64,000 nt of DNA, taken from contig JBFJCP010000001.1 in NCBI GenBank assembly GCA_041615815.1, positions 64,001-128,000 on the forward strand, in the 5' to 3' direction. Under the pieces are notes generated by a model that was given only the letters and a program-made list of their open reading frames with translations, searched no databases and was not told the DNA's origin. Of the stretch, positions 50,067 through 60,361 are shown piece by piece. Numbering within the stretch: position 1 is the first letter of the stretch; every line of letters starts with the position of its first letter. The stretch is from Gemmatimonadales bacterium (GTDB lineage Bacteria > Gemmatimonadota > Gemmatimonadetes > Gemmatimonadales > GWC2-71-9). The position numbers and the translations under genes are program-made.

Positions 50067-50597
50067 TCAACCTCTCGGAATGGAATGCGGCTTCAAGGCC
50101 TGCCACAATGATTCGATCGTCGGATCTGTGATCTGCCACCGCTCCATGGCATGAATGAGCGTCCGAACATACTCGACGCCGGTCCCCACGGTGCCGTGGG
50201 CCGCGCGGAAGGCGTCCCCCAGGGCGCCGTTCTCGACACTCCAGGGCGGAGCCGCCTGGACCGCTGGCTTCGTGACCCAGACGAGCGCCGTGGCACGAGT
50301 TCCGTCACGCAGGTCGATCCGCACCTTCTTACGCGCAAACTCTGCCTGACCTTCCCGTCGCTCGATCTTGCGCACCACGTCTTTCTCATCGCTCTTCGGG
50401 ATCTCGAACGCGACGCCCTCACACTCTCCTCCGCTCGATAACCCCAGAATGGGCGAGGGGTGGGTCGGGGTTCCCCACCGTTTCGTGGACGAGTGGTTGA
50501 ACGACCGGTGATAGCCGGTGAGGCGGGCTGGTGTCCCTCGGTAGAACCTCATGGCGTTGTCGCCCATGAGACTGCCGTAAGCGAAGATCCACGTCAC
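50067..50597 (-). CDS. ChaC-family gamma-glutamylcyclotransferase
   Basis: WIFAYGSLM, GYHRSF, RWGTP...LGL, CEGVAF, RRE, GTGVEYV. Confidence 0.88.
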   Translation of the reverse strand: MTWIFAYGSLMGDNAMRFYRGTPARLTGYHRSFNHSSTKRWGTPTHPSPILGLSSGGECEGVAFEIPKSDEKDVVRKIERREGQAEFARKKVRIDLRDGTRATALVWVTKPAVQAAPPWSVENGALGDAFRAAHGTVGTGVEYVRTLIHAMERWQITDPTIESLWQALKPHSIPRG

Positions 50598-50741
50598 GCC
50601 CAAATCCTTCCCGCTCCAGACAGTTGCGAAGCTCGAAACCCGTTGGGGTGCTTGCGGATTGCGTCGAGCGGCTTAGTCTACTACCCGAAGGCCGATTTTC
50701 AAGGGTCCCCTGCGCCTGCACTTACCCACACCACGCAGACC

Positions 50742-51038
50742 ATGATGCATCGTGCCAATGTCCTGGACGTCGTCCGAGCCGTGACGCAGGTGGCGACCAA
50801 CCACCCTCAGGTGTCGGTGTGGTGGTATGTGCCGCGGCTCCTGGACAACCCCAACATCGAGCTCCTGGTGAAGGTTGAGGATGAGCACCCCACCGACCTC
50901 GATGCGATCGCGCGCGAGGTCGACGCCTTGCTCGATGGCGCCAACGTCACCGTGAAGCGTCATGCGGACGGGGACGGGGAACGCCGGCTGTTCCGCGTGC
51001 TCAGTCACAACCAAGCCGCCGTCGACAGCGCCTCCTAG
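50742..51038 (+). CDS. Small hypothetical protein
   Basis: 98-aa ORF with GC-rich third positions; faint minimal-nucleotidyltransferase-like pattern. Confidence 0.6.
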   Translation: MMHRANVLDVVRAVTQVATNHPQVSVWWYVPRLLDNPNIELLVKVEDEHPTDLDAIAREVDALLDGANVTVKRHADGDGERRLFRVLSHNQAAVDSAS

Positions 51039-51096
51039 CCGCTCCTCTCTCGAGACCGACCCAGCCACCGCCGGCTGCGAGACCGCCCGCGGGTCA

Positions 51097-51241
51097 TGTC
51101 CTCTTTTGAGCACAAGATTTCCGGCAGAATGCGACCTGGCGTAGACAACCTCGGGCCTGGCGTGCAACGACGTAATTCCTTGATAGATATGAAATTAGGC
51201 CGGAGCGCCTCGCGGGCGGAACTTCTGGCACAGAATTTCCA
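51097..51241 (+). promoter_or_regulatory. Candidate sigma54 promoter with IHF site and upstream activator sequence
   Basis: TGT-N12-ACA (51097-51114); IHF consensus TATCAA-GGAA-TTA on minus strand (51173-51185); TGGCAC-N5-TTCCA (51226-51241), one mismatch at -12. Confidence 0.5.
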
Positions 51242-51251
51242 TTTAGGGGAT

Positions 51252-51367
51252 GCAAAGAAAAACTGCGGCGTGCTGAACGTCTTGTCGCCAGGCAAGAAAT
51301 CTCGTCGGGAGGGGACGAGCGGGACCACACCAAAGCCCGGTTCAGCACGCCGCAGCGCTTTTTGTTT
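51252..51367 (+). ncRNA. Candidate novel structured small RNA (four-way junction)
   Basis: Perfect 16-bp inverted repeat 51263-51278/51340-51355 enclosing three hairpins, followed by a T-tract; begins where a sigma54 start site is expected. Confidence 0.5.
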
Positions 51368-51523
51368 CGCTACGGTCTTCACAATATGTCACATGGCGCG
51401 GGGAACCGCAATCACGCCCGTACCGTCCGCAGACCCCGTATCACTCGTTGCTTCCCAGCACATAGCCTGCCCTCTAACTTTCACAAGACACCGCACGAAG
51501 CACGCTTTCTAGGAGGGGACGTA

Positions 51524-52858
51524 GTGAGTCACTCCAGGCTCGTTTTGCTCGCTTCTTTACTGGTCGCCGCCACCGGGACGCTTCCAGCACAGGACGCACC
51601 AGTGCGTCGAATCCCGGTTACGGGCACCATCGAATTGGGGATCGCGCCGTTCGTTGCCCGCGGGCTGTCGGAAGCACAGAAAGAGGGTGCCCGCGCCGTG
51701 GTGCTCGAGATCGAGACCCCGGGCGGTCGTGTGGATGCGGCACAGCACATCGTCAAAGCGATCATCCAGACCGAGATTCCGGTCTATGCCTTCGTGAACG
51801 CCCACGCCTGGAGTGCTGGGGCACTCATCGCGCTCGCCGCGGACTCCATCTACATGGGTCCCGGGTCATCTATCGGGGCGGCAACACCCGTGGGGGGAAC
51901 CGGAGAGAAGCTCTCCGAGAAGATCGTCAGCGCCATGCGCGGGGAGTTCCGCTCGCTCGCCGAGCGTCGGGGGCTGGACCCGCGGATCGCCGAGGCCATG
52001 GTCGATGAGGAGATTGCCGTCGAGGGCGTGGTGGAGGCGGGGAAACTGCTCACGCTCACTGCGGCGGAAGCAGTGGAAACCGGAGTGGCCGCAGCCGAAG
52101 TGGAGAATCTGGACGATCTGCTCCGGCAGGTGGGGCTGGGCGAGGTCGGCGTGGCCACGGTGAGCATCAACTGGGCGGAACAGCTCGTCCGGTTCCTGTC
52201 ACACCCGCTGGTGGCGCCCCTGCTCCTGTCCATTGGCACGCTGGGGCTCATCATCGAGATCAAGACGCCTTCCTTTGGGCTGGCGGGGCTCACCGGCATC
52301 GTGGCCTTGGGTGCCTTTTTCGGAAGCCATTTGATCGTCGGGCTTGCCGGCTGGGAAGAGGTCATATTGCTGGTCGCCGGCTTGATCGCCCTGGCGATCG
52401 AAGTGTTCGTGGTGCCGGGCTTCGGGATCGCGGGGATGATTGCCATCCTCTGCATCGGGTCGGCTACGTTCTTGGCGTTGATCGGCGCACTGCCTACCTG
52501 GGGCGATATCGCGAGAGCGAGTGGCATTCTCGTGACGTCGTTCATGATCGTGGCGGCCGCGGTGTATGCCATCGTGCGCCATTTGCCGACGAGCGAGCGG
52601 TGGAGGGGTATCTTCTTGCGGGCGGCGACCACGAAAGAAACCGGGTACCTCTCCGCGCCGGCTCGTGCCGAGTTGGTGGGCCTGGAGGGATTGGCGGTCA
52701 CGGACCTCCGCCCGTCCGGCACCATGCGGATTGGCAACGAGCGGCACGACGTCGTCTCCGATACGGGGTTCATCCCCAAAGGCGCGCGGGTACGGATCAT
52801 CCGCTCGGAAACCTACCGGCTGGTCGTCGAGGAAGTGGCCGACACCGCCAGCGTTTAA
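51524..52858 (+). CDS. nfeD: NfeD-family membrane protein (ClpP-like domain, TM region, OB fold)
   Basis: IETPGG, AWSAGALIALA, IGAATP, TDLRPSG; AGGAGG Shine-Dalgarno. Confidence 0.9.
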   Translation: MSHSRLVLLASLLVAATGTLPAQDAPVRRIPVTGTIELGIAPFVARGLSEAQKEGARAVVLEIETPGGRVDAAQHIVKAIIQTEIPVYAFVNAHAWSAGALIALAADSIYMGPGSSIGAATPVGGTGEKLSEKIVSAMRGEFRSLAERRGLDPRIAEAMVDEEIAVEGVVEAGKLLTLTAAEAVETGVAAAEVENLDDLLRQVGLGEVGVATVSINWAEQLVRFLSHPLVAPLLLSIGTLGLIIEIKTPSFGLAGLTGIVALGAFFGSHLIVGLAGWEEVILLVAGLIALAIEVFVVPGFGIAGMIAILCIGSATFLALIGALPTWGDIARASGILVTSFMIVAAAVYAIVRHLPTSERWRGIFLRAATTKETGYLSAPARAELVGLEGLAVTDLRPSGTMRIGNERHDVVSDTGFIPKGARVRIIRSETYRLVVEEVADTASV

Positions 52859-52873
52859 TGGACGAGGACGACT

Positions 52874-53866
52874 ATGAGTGAACTGTTTGCGATAGCACCG
52901 TGGCTGCTACCGGTGGCGCTGGTGGTCATCGTGCTGTTCTTGGGGTGGTTCATCAGCTTCATCCCGATCCGGTTGTGGATCGAGGCACTGGCCGCCGGCG
53001 TCCGCGTCACCTTCCGAACGTTGGTCGGCATGCGGCTGAGAAAGGTCAATCCGGCCGCCGTCGTGCGCCCCATGATCAACGCGACCAAAGCAGGGCTCTC
53101 TCTCGGCATCGACATGCTGGAAGCGCACTACTTGGCTGGGGGAAACGTGGATCGCGTCGTGAAAGCGCTGATCTCTGCGGATAAAGCGGGGATCGATCTC
53201 CCCTTCAAGCAGGCGACGGCCATTGACCTGGCGGGACGGGACGTCCTCGAGGCCGTACAGGTCTCGGTCAATCCGAAGGTGATCCAAACGCCCAAAGTGG
53301 CCGCGATGGCGAAGGACGGCATCCAGCTCATCGCGCTGGCCCGCGTCACCGTCCGGGCGAACATCAACCGCCTGGTCGGTGGGGCGGGGGAAGAGACCAT
53401 TCTCGCGCGGGTCGGCGAAGGCATCGTGTCGACGATTGGATCGTCGGCCTCGCACAAAGCGGTGCTCGAAAACCCGGACAACATCTCCAAAACCGTCCTC
53501 GCCAAGGGACTCGACAGCGGGACGGCCTTCGAGATCCTCTCTATCGATATCGCCGATGTCGACGTGGGCAAGAACATTGGGGCCGAGCTGCAGACCGACC
53601 AGGCCGAAGCCGACAAGCGGATCGCGCAGGCGAAGGCGGAGGAACGGCGGGCTATGGCCGTGGCGTCAGAGCAGGAGATGAAGGCCAAGACCCAGGAGAT
53701 GCGGGCCAAGTTGGTGGAGTCCGAAGCCCAGGTCCCGCTGGCGATCGCTGACGCGTTCAAGGGCGGCCAGCTCGGCATCATGGATTACGCACGGTGGCGG
53801 AACATCGAGGGAGATACGGCCATGCGGCGCAGCATCGCCGGTGAGAAGGGCGAGGAAAACAGCTAA
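52874..53866 (+). CDS. floA: Flotillin-like protein FloA (YqfA)
   Basis: [68 protein letters not shown]. Confidence 0.93.
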   Translation: MSELFAIAPWLLPVALVVIVLFLGWFISFIPIRLWIEALAAGVRVTFRTLVGMRLRKVNPAAVVRPMINATKAGLSLGIDMLEAHYLAGGNVDRVVKALISADKAGIDLPFKQATAIDLAGRDVLEAVQVSVNPKVIQTPKVAAMAKDGIQLIALARVTVRANINRLVGGAGEETILARVGEGIVSTIGSSASHKAVLENPDNISKTVLAKGLDSGTAFEILSIDIADVDVGKNIGAELQTDQAEADKRIAQAKAEERRAMAVASEQEMKAKTQEMRAKLVESEAQVPLAIADAFKGGQLGIMDYARWRNIEGDTAMRRSIAGEKGEENS

Positions 53867-53872
53867 CGCCCC

Positions 53873-54355
53873 ATGGAAGAGCTCTTCCAGATCGTCCTGA
53901 TCGCCATCTTTCTGCTGGCCGGGCTACTCGGGAGTCGCAAGAAAAAACCCTCGGAGAAGCGGCCGCAGACCCGTCCGTCCCGTCCCCGTCGGCCTCCGGT
54001 TGCGCGCCCCGCCCGTCCGCCGACCGCGGCTACCGCGCCCCCACGACCCACCAAGACTCCCCAGGAGACACTCCTCGACCTGCTCATGAAGCAGCTCCCG
54101 GAGGAGATGCGGGCTCCGGCACCCGAGCCGCCCCCACCCCCGCTGCCCCCTGAGCCTGACGAGGCGGTCTCGCTCGAGCCCCTGGACATCGACGCGGCGG
54201 CGCGGCACGAGGCCTTCCACGAGCGCTACCCGGAGTCGAGTCCGGCGATGATCACGCCGTCGCGGCCGAAACACCGGTTTCTCAGGAGCCCAACCTCCCT
54301 GCGGGATGCCGTGATCTGGCGGGCGGTGCTCGGCCCCCCCAAGGGCCTCGAATAG
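53873..54355 (+). CDS. Pro-rich membrane-anchored hypothetical protein (third gene of nfeD-floA operon)
   Basis: N-terminal TM helix, C-terminal [16 protein letters not shown] typical of floA-linked YqfB-like proteins. Confidence 0.7.
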   Translation: MEELFQIVLIAIFLLAGLLGSRKKKPSEKRPQTRPSRPRRPPVARPARPPTAATAPPRPTKTPQETLLDLLMKQLPEEMRAPAPEPPPPPLPPEPDEAVSLEPLDIDAAARHEAFHERYPESSPAMITPSRPKHRFLRSPTSLRDAVIWRAVLGPPKGLE

Positions 54356-54410
54356 GCCACCCAGCCCACGGACAGGGGTACGGCACAGCCCCTGCTATAT
54401 TTCAGCCGCC

Positions 54411-55676
54411 ATGAAGGACTTCCCCTATTTGACCGACGAGCACCATCAGGTGCGCGACATCGTGCGAGACTTCGCCGAGCGGGAGATTCGCCCCGTAGCT
54501 AGGGAGTACGACACCCAGAATCGGTTCCCTTGGGACAACGTGAAAAAGATGGGGGAGCTGGGCTTCTTGGGCGCCCCGTGGCCTCCGGAGCTCGGCGGCG
54601 CCGGAATGGACTATCTGTCCTACATCATTTTGGTGGAGGAACTCGCCCGGGTGGACGCGAGCCACGCCATCACGGTTTCGGCGCACACGACGCTCGGGAC
54701 GTCGCCGATCATGAGCTTCGGCTCCGACGAGCAGAAGCAGCAGTTCGTGCCACTCCTGGCGTCGGGGCAGGTGCTAGGCGGCTTCGGCCTGACGGAACCG
54801 GGCGCGGGGTCGGACGCGGGCGGAACCCAGACGACCGCTGTCGACAAGGGCGACCATTTCGTCATCAACGGATCGAAGATTTTCATTACGAACGCCGGCG
54901 TCGGGGAGATCTTCGTGATCACGGCACGGACGGATGCCGACGCGGACAACCGCAGTGGTGGCATCACATCCTTCATCGTGACCAAGGACACCGTCGACCT
55001 CGAGGTGACGACCGCGCTGGGTGTGGGGCACGCGGCCGGCCTCCCCAAGACGACTGGAGTCCGCGCGGCGAAAAAAGAGGACAAGCTGGGGTGGCGCGCG
55101 TCTGACACGCGCGAGTTAGTGTTGGAAGACGCGGTGGTGCCGAAAGCACAGGTTCTGGGCGATCGAGGCCGCGGCTACGCCAACTTCCTCAAGACACTCG
55201 ACTCCGGCCGCATTGGTCTCGCGGCGTTGTCACTGGGATTGGCACAGGGCGCCCTGGATGAATGTCTGGCCTACACGGCGGAGCGGCGCCAGTTTGGCCG
55301 CGCGATCGCTTCGTTCCAGGGGGTGCACTTTGCACTGGCGGACATGGCGACGGAGATCGAGGCTGCGCGCCACCTCATCTATCACGCCGCCTGGCTCAAC
55401 CAGCACGCGCGACCCCACAAGCGCGAAGCAGCCATGGCCAAGCTCTTTGCTTCCGAGCTGGCCATGCGCGCCACCACCAAAGCCGTGCAACTGCATGGCG
55501 GATACGGGTACACCACCGAGTACCCGGTCGAGCGGATGATGCGTGATGCGAAAGTCTGCGAGATCGGCGAGGGCACGAGCGAGATTCAACGAATCGTGAT
55601 TGCGCGGGAACTCCTGGGTGATCTGATCACGGTCACGGGTGGTGGAGGGATCGGAGCGGCGACCGAGGTTGGGTAG
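54411..55676 (+). CDS. Acyl-CoA dehydrogenase
   Basis: [52 protein letters not shown]. Confidence 0.94.
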   Translation: MKDFPYLTDEHHQVRDIVRDFAEREIRPVAREYDTQNRFPWDNVKKMGELGFLGAPWPPELGGAGMDYLSYIILVEELARVDASHAITVSAHTTLGTSPIMSFGSDEQKQQFVPLLASGQVLGGFGLTEPGAGSDAGGTQTTAVDKGDHFVINGSKIFITNAGVGEIFVITARTDADADNRSGGITSFIVTKDTVDLEVTTALGVGHAAGLPKTTGVRAAKKEDKLGWRASDTRELVLEDAVVPKAQVLGDRGRGYANFLKTLDSGRIGLAALSLGLAQGALDECLAYTAERRQFGRAIASFQGVHFALADMATEIEAARHLIYHAAWLNQHARPHKREAAMAKLFASELAMRATTKAVQLHGGYGYTTEYPVERMMRDAKVCEIGEGTSEIQRIVIARELLGDLITVTGGGGIGAATEVG

Positions 55677-55958
55677 CGCCCAGAAACCGCATGATGTATC
55701 ATCATTCAAGCCATTATTGAACAACCAGTTACGGTATGACTATTCCGATTGGTTCGATCCCCGGGGGTGGCCGGCGCGCCGTGTCGATTCGGCCGGCCAG
55801 CGCCCGCCGTCCGGGAGCGAAACCGACCTGGATCGGGCGAGGCCCGCGAACGGTGGGGACGGCCATACCGGTCAATTCTTCTTCACCGATGGGGGGGACG
55901 GCGGCCGGCCCGTGGGCCGCGCCGGCGGGACCGCCCAATCGCACAGAGGGTAGGGACG

Positions 55959-57485
55959 TTGAAGCGGGAAATTCTCATCAACGGGACGTCGCGGGAAACT
56001 CGTGTGGCGATCCTGGAAGACGAACGCCTCGTCGAGCTGCTGCTGGACCATCCGGACAATCAGCGGACGGTTGGCAACATCTATCTCGGCAAGGTGGAGG
56101 CGGTCTTGCCCGGTATGCAGGCCGCGTTCGTGAACATCGGGGAGGGAAAGAGCGCGTTTCTCCACGCGTCTGACCTGATCGAACCCGAGGACGAAGACGA
56201 AGACAACGGGAACGGCGGGCGTTCGAGCCGGCGGTTACCCAACATTCAAGACCATTTGAAACGGGGACAAGCGCTCCTGGTGCAGGTGACCAAGGAGCCT
56301 ATCGGTACCAAAGGGCCCCGCGTGACCGCGCAGATTTCGCTGGCGGGGCGTTTCCTCGTTTACCTCCCGAACGGATCCAAGATCGGCGTGAGCCGAAAGA
56401 TCGACTCGCGGGAAGAGCGTGCCCGACTCCGCGAGTTGGTTGGCAAGCGACTGCGGGACGGGTCCGGCGGTGTGATCGTGCGCACCGTCGCGGAAGACCT
56501 CACCGAGGGACACATCAAGCGGGAACTCAAGTCGCTGCGCGACCTCTGGAAGAAGATCAACCGCAAGGCCCACTTCGTCCGGCTCAAGGCACCGGCGTTG
56601 GTGCACCGCGAAGCCAAGCTGACCAGCGGCATCATCCGTGACGTCTTCAGCGACAAGGTCGACAAGCTCCACGTCGACTCCCGAGCCGTGCACAACGAGG
56701 TGCGGCGCTACCTCGAGCAGGTAGATCCGGATCTCATGAAACGCGTCGAGCTCTACCGGGGGAAAACACCGCTGTTCGACAAGTTCGGGATCGAGAACGA
56801 GATTCGCGCGCTCTTCGAGCGGGAGGTACCGCTCGAGACCGGGGGCTCGCTCGTGATCGAACCTACCGAGGCACTCGTCTCCATCGACGTGAACACCGGG
56901 AGTTACACCGGCCGGAAGGACCCGGAGAAGACGATTCTCCGAACCAACCTCGCCGCCGCTCGCGAGATCGCTCGGCAGATTCGGCTCCGGGATCTCGGGG
57001 GAATTATCGTCATCGACTTCATCGACATGGAGAGCCGCTCGAATCGAGAACGGGTCCTGCACGAGTTGCGGACCCACCTTGGGCGCGATCGGGCACGCAC
57101 CCGCGCGTTTCAGGTGAGCGAATTGGGCCTGGTGGAAATGACCCGCCAACGGGTCCGACCGTCGCTGTGGCAATCCATGACCACCGACTGCCCCACGTGC
57201 GCCGGGACCGCCAAGGTCTTTCGCCCGGCGGTCGTGGTGCGGCGCCTGGAACGCTCCCTCGTACGCGTCGCGCACGAGAAGCAAGAGCGCCGTATGACGG
57301 TCCGGGTGCATCCCGAAGTCGCGCTCTACCTCATGGAAGAGGAGCCGGAGTTTCTCAATCGGATGCGGAAGATGACCGGGATCGAGCTCGACATGCGCGA
57401 CGATCCCATCACCCGCATGGACGAGTTCCGGCTGGTGGCCCTTCCTGCCGGGCGAGATGTGACGGAACAGTATGCAGTTGCATGA
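55959..57485 (+). CDS. Rne/Rng-family ribonuclease
   Basis: [64 protein letters not shown]. Confidence 0.95.
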   Translation: MKREILINGTSRETRVAILEDERLVELLLDHPDNQRTVGNIYLGKVEAVLPGMQAAFVNIGEGKSAFLHASDLIEPEDEDEDNGNGGRSSRRLPNIQDHLKRGQALLVQVTKEPIGTKGPRVTAQISLAGRFLVYLPNGSKIGVSRKIDSREERARLRELVGKRLRDGSGGVIVRTVAEDLTEGHIKRELKSLRDLWKKINRKAHFVRLKAPALVHREAKLTSGIIRDVFSDKVDKLHVDSRAVHNEVRRYLEQVDPDLMKRVELYRGKTPLFDKFGIENEIRALFEREVPLETGGSLVIEPTEALVSIDVNTGSYTGRKDPEKTILRTNLAAAREIARQIRLRDLGGIIVIDFIDMESRSNRERVLHELRTHLGRDRARTRAFQVSELGLVEMTRQRVRPSLWQSMTTDCPTCAGTAKVFRPAVVVRRLERSLVRVAHEKQERRMTVRVHPEVALYLMEEEPEFLNRMRKMTGIELDMRDDPITRMDEFRLVALPAGRDVTEQYAVA

Positions 57486-57596
57486 GGTGGGAAGGTGGCA
57501 CAGCCGGACGGCTGGAAGGCTCAAAGGGCTTGAGCAGACCGACCCTTCCTCCGCCTGGGCCATCCACGCTTGCGACCTCCCGACCTGCGGTCCATC

Positions 57597-57625
57597 TTGA
57601 CCCTTCCGAGTGGCGTAAGTACTTT
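57597..57625 (+). promoter_or_regulatory. sigma70-type near-leaderless promoter for rplU-rpmA
   Basis: TTGACC-N17-TACTTT ending 8 nt before ATG 57634; no Shine-Dalgarno. Confidence 0.6.
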
Positions 57626-57633
57626 TCCACGCT

Positions 57634-57951
57634 ATGACATACGCTATTTTCAAGGCTGCGGGACAGCAGTTTCGCGCGGAAAAGGGCCGCACGGTCCGGA
57701 TCCCCAAAGTCGAGGGGGAGCCCGGTTCCAAGGTCACCTTCGACGATGTGCTGTTGACCAGCGACGGGGAGACCGTCAAGGCCGGTCAGCCCAAGGTCAA
57801 AGGGGCCAAGGTCGTGGGCCAAATCGTCCGGCACGGCCGCGACACCAAGATCGTGGTGTTCCGATTCAAGCGCCGGAAGAACTACCGCCGCAAGACCGGA
57901 CACCGGCAGCCGTTTACCGAGATCCAGATTACGGACGTGAAGGCAGGGTGA
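57634..57951 (+). CDS. rplU: 50S ribosomal protein L21
   Basis: [28 protein letters not shown]. Confidence 0.97.
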   Translation: MTYAIFKAAGQQFRAEKGRTVRIPKVEGEPGSKVTFDDVLLTSDGETVKAGQPKVKGAKVVGQIVRHGRDTKIVVFRFKRRKNYRRKTGHRQPFTEIQITDVKAG

Positions 57952-57958
57952 CGTAGAT

Positions 57959-58234
57959 ATGGCGCACAAGAAGGGCGTTGGCTCCAGTCGTAACGGGCGC
58001 GATTCCAAGCCCAAATTTCTCGGTGTCAAGCGGTTTGGCGGCGAACGGGTGCGGGCCGGCAACATCATCGTTCGGCAGCGCGGCACCAAGTTCCACCCGG
58101 GTCGGAACGTCAAGCGGGCGAAGGACGATACGCTGTTCGCGCTCGTGGACGGGATCGTCAAGTTCGAGCCACGCGATAAGCGGCGCCAGCAAGTGAGCGT
58201 CTACCCCTTCGCGGCACAAGCGGCTGCGTCCTAG
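57959..58234 (+). CDS. rpmA: 50S ribosomal protein L27
   Basis: [36 protein letters not shown]. Confidence 0.98.
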   Translation: MAHKKGVGSSRNGRDSKPKFLGVKRFGGERVRAGNIIVRQRGTKFHPGRNVKRAKDDTLFALVDGIVKFEPRDKRRQQVSVYPFAAQAAAS

Positions 58235-58261
58235 ACGTTAGGCCGAGATCCGCATGCAACG

Positions 58262-58289
58262 ACGGGAGCCCCTTGGGCTCCCGTTCTTT
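58262..58289 (+). terminator. Intrinsic terminator after rpmA
   Basis: Perfect 10-bp stem ACGGGAGCCC / GGGCTCCCGT, 3-nt loop, followed by TCTTT; lies between convergent genes. Confidence 0.75.
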
Positions 58290-58806
58290 ATGACCGCGGC
58301 GCTCTCCGCGGTGGTGGGACAGCGGGAGGTGAGCCCGCGGCGGGGATGGCGCCTTGGCGGCGGGCTTCCCGCAGCTGCTTGAGATCTCGCTTGGCGATGC
58401 GTGCTTTTCGGGCAAAGTACACGAATGGCCCGAGCGCCCCCACACCCACTCCACCGGCCAGCAGGGCCCGAGCCAGATCGAAGGTTTCGGCTCCGGCCAC
58501 GAGCCAGACCGCCGCCAACTCCGCCGCGATCACGACTGCGGCAAACCCGTCGCGGATTCCAGCCATGTCTTTGCGATAACTGTTGAGACGCACCTCGGCG
58601 GCAGTTTCGGCCGCGCCCGCGGCCAGCAGTTCGCCCTCGGCCGTGTAGATGGCACCGCACCTGGCACAGATCCGGAGCTGGCCGGTGAAGTAGCTCAGCA
58701 CACCCTTCCACCAGTATCGCGTCCAGCGTAAACGCCGCACCGGGTGTCGGAGGTGCTCGAGTCCGGCGCCGCATCGCTTACAGCGCTCCGTATCCCCCAT
58801 GGTCAT
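58288..58806 (-). CDS. Hypothetical zinc-ribbon membrane protein
   Basis: CKRC and CARC pairs, then two hydrophobic helices. Confidence 0.65.
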   Translation of the reverse strand: MTMGDTERCKRCGAGLEHLRHPVRRLRWTRYWWKGVLSYFTGQLRICARCGAIYTAEGELLAAGAAETAAEVRLNSYRKDMAGIRDGFAAVVIAAELAAVWLVAGAETFDLARALLAGGVGVGALGPFVYFARKARIAKRDLKQLREARRQGAIPAAGSPPAVPPPRRAPRS

Positions 58807-58830
58807 CCCTACGCGTCGCTCGAGAGACGG

Positions 58831-59688
58831 TTACAGTGGGGAAGGGGACATCGTCTTGGCATGGAACAGCTCCAGGAGACGCCTGGCCATGGGCCCCGGC
58901 ACGCCCGCACCCACCGGACGGTCGTCCACGCGCACGATCGGCATGACTTCGACTGTGGTGCCGACGAGGAGCAGCTCCTCGGCCATCGGAAGCTCGTGCG
59001 CGAAGATGGGTCGCTCCTGCACTGGGATCTCGTGCGCAGCGCACAAGTCCAGCACCACGCGCCTGGTGATCCCCGGAAGGATGTAGTTCGAGGCCGGCGC
59101 CGTCCGGACCTCTCCGTCGAAGACCCCAAAGAATGATGTGGCAGTCCCCTCGATGGCCACTCCATCGCGCACGAAGACCGCCTCGTGCGCTCCAGCATCC
59201 CGCGCCAGCTGGTTGGCGAGACAGTTGGGAAGCAGGGCCACCGACTTGATATCGCAGCGGCTCCACCGCGTGTCGGACACCGTAATGACCGCCACGCCGT
59301 GCTGTGGATCGCCGCGCGGTCGGAACGGCATGACCCGCGCGTAGACGGTGGGGGGGACCGGCGGTGTGGGAAAGGCGTGCGTGCGGGGCGCCACGCCGCG
59401 GGTAATCTGGACATAGATCAGCGCGTCCTCGCCCGAGAGACCGTTCCGCTCGAGCAATTCGGGTGACACGTGGGCCAGGCGGGCAATGTCCGCACCGGTG
59501 ATGCGGAGCGCGTCGAGACCCGCAGCCAGCCGCGCCAAGTGCGCCTCGAGCTCGAACAGCCGCCCAGCGTAGCTTCGAATGACTTCGTACACGCCATCCG
59601 CAAACAGGAAGCCCCGGTCATCGGGAGAGATCCTCACGTCGTCCAGCGGGAGGTACTCGCCACAGAAGTAGACCGTCGTTGTCGCCAT
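58831..59688 (-). CDS. dat: D-amino acid aminotransferase (class IV PLP)
   Basis: DRGFLFADGVYEV, YVQITRG, RWSRCDIKSVALL, ILPGITR. Confidence 0.88.
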   Translation of the reverse strand: MATTTVYFCGEYLPLDDVRISPDDRGFLFADGVYEVIRSYAGRLFELEAHLARLAAGLDALRITGADIARLAHVSPELLERNGLSGEDALIYVQITRGVAPRTHAFPTPPVPPTVYARVMPFRPRGDPQHGVAVITVSDTRWSRCDIKSVALLPNCLANQLARDAGAHEAVFVRDGVAIEGTATSFFGVFDGEVRTAPASNYILPGITRRVVLDLCAAHEIPVQERPIFAHELPMAEELLLVGTTVEVMPIVRVDDRPVGAGVPGPMARRLLELFHAKTMSPSPL

Positions 59689-59692
59689 GGGC

Positions 59693-60361
59693 TCACATCC
59701 AGTGTCGTTGGCCCCGTTTGAACGGGGTGTCCCGTGGGTCATGTTGCTCGGCAAACTCGCGGTACTTCGCTCTGAGCCGGCGGTACCGCACATTGTCCGT
59801 CGCGAGGCGTTCATGGCTCAGCTCGATCAGAAAGCGTTCCACTTTCCACACGTTGCGAACCGAGAGGCGCCAGTTGTAGCCACCGAGCTCCCGTAGATCC
59901 GCCAGGCCCCACGCGACGATCCTCGCGTTCCCGTCGATGTACGGCTCGTAGTAGCTCATCGCTAAGGCACGGAGCGAGCGGAAGACCGGTTTGCGCCCCG
60001 CCAGCCCCACGTCTCGAGAACCCGCCACCGATCCCCAGCGTCCCTCGCGGCGAAAGACGAACACGACATGATCGAGCCGGTCTTTCGATTCCAGGTCGAG
60101 CAGGAGAGGCGGATACCCGTGACACTCAAGTACGGTCGCGGCAGCCAGGGCGGCTTCCAGGCAGTGGGCCGTGCGATGCCGCACCACGCCCCGAAACGAA
60201 CGCAAGGTGAATCCGTGCCGCTCCCAGTTGTACGGCAGCGAACGAATCCACCGCTGGACGCGCTCCGGCGTGCCGCAGCGGGTTACCACGCGCCGCTCGC
60301 CCCGGGTGAGCAGCGAGAGCCGTGCATGACCCGATCGACGCTCGCCACGCCGGGCGCTCAT
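59693..60361 (-). CDS. Vasohibin-like (transglutaminase-fold) cysteine peptidase
   Basis: VQRWIRSLPYN, HCLEAA, DHVV, GRWGSVAGSR, PVFRSLRAL. Confidence 0.7.
   Translation of the reverse strand: MSARRGERRSGHARLSLLTRGERRVVTRCGTPERVQRWIRSLPYNWERHGFTLRSFRGVVRHRTAHCLEAALAAATVLECHGYPPLLLDLESKDRLDHVVFVFRREGRWGSVAGSRDVGLAGRKPVFRSLRALAMSYYEPYIDGNARIVAWGLADLRELGGYNWRLSVRNVWKVERFLIELSHERLATDNVRYRRLRAKYREFAEQHDPRDTPFKRGQRHWM

Noticed and set aside
51096..51512. 138-aa ORF in the gap before nfeD
   Set aside because: Atypical codon usage, no motifs, and it overlaps the promoter and RNA-structure signals.
55750..55765. GGTTCGATCCCC resembling a tRNA T-loop
   Set aside because: No T-stem, acceptor stem or anticodon arm can be formed.
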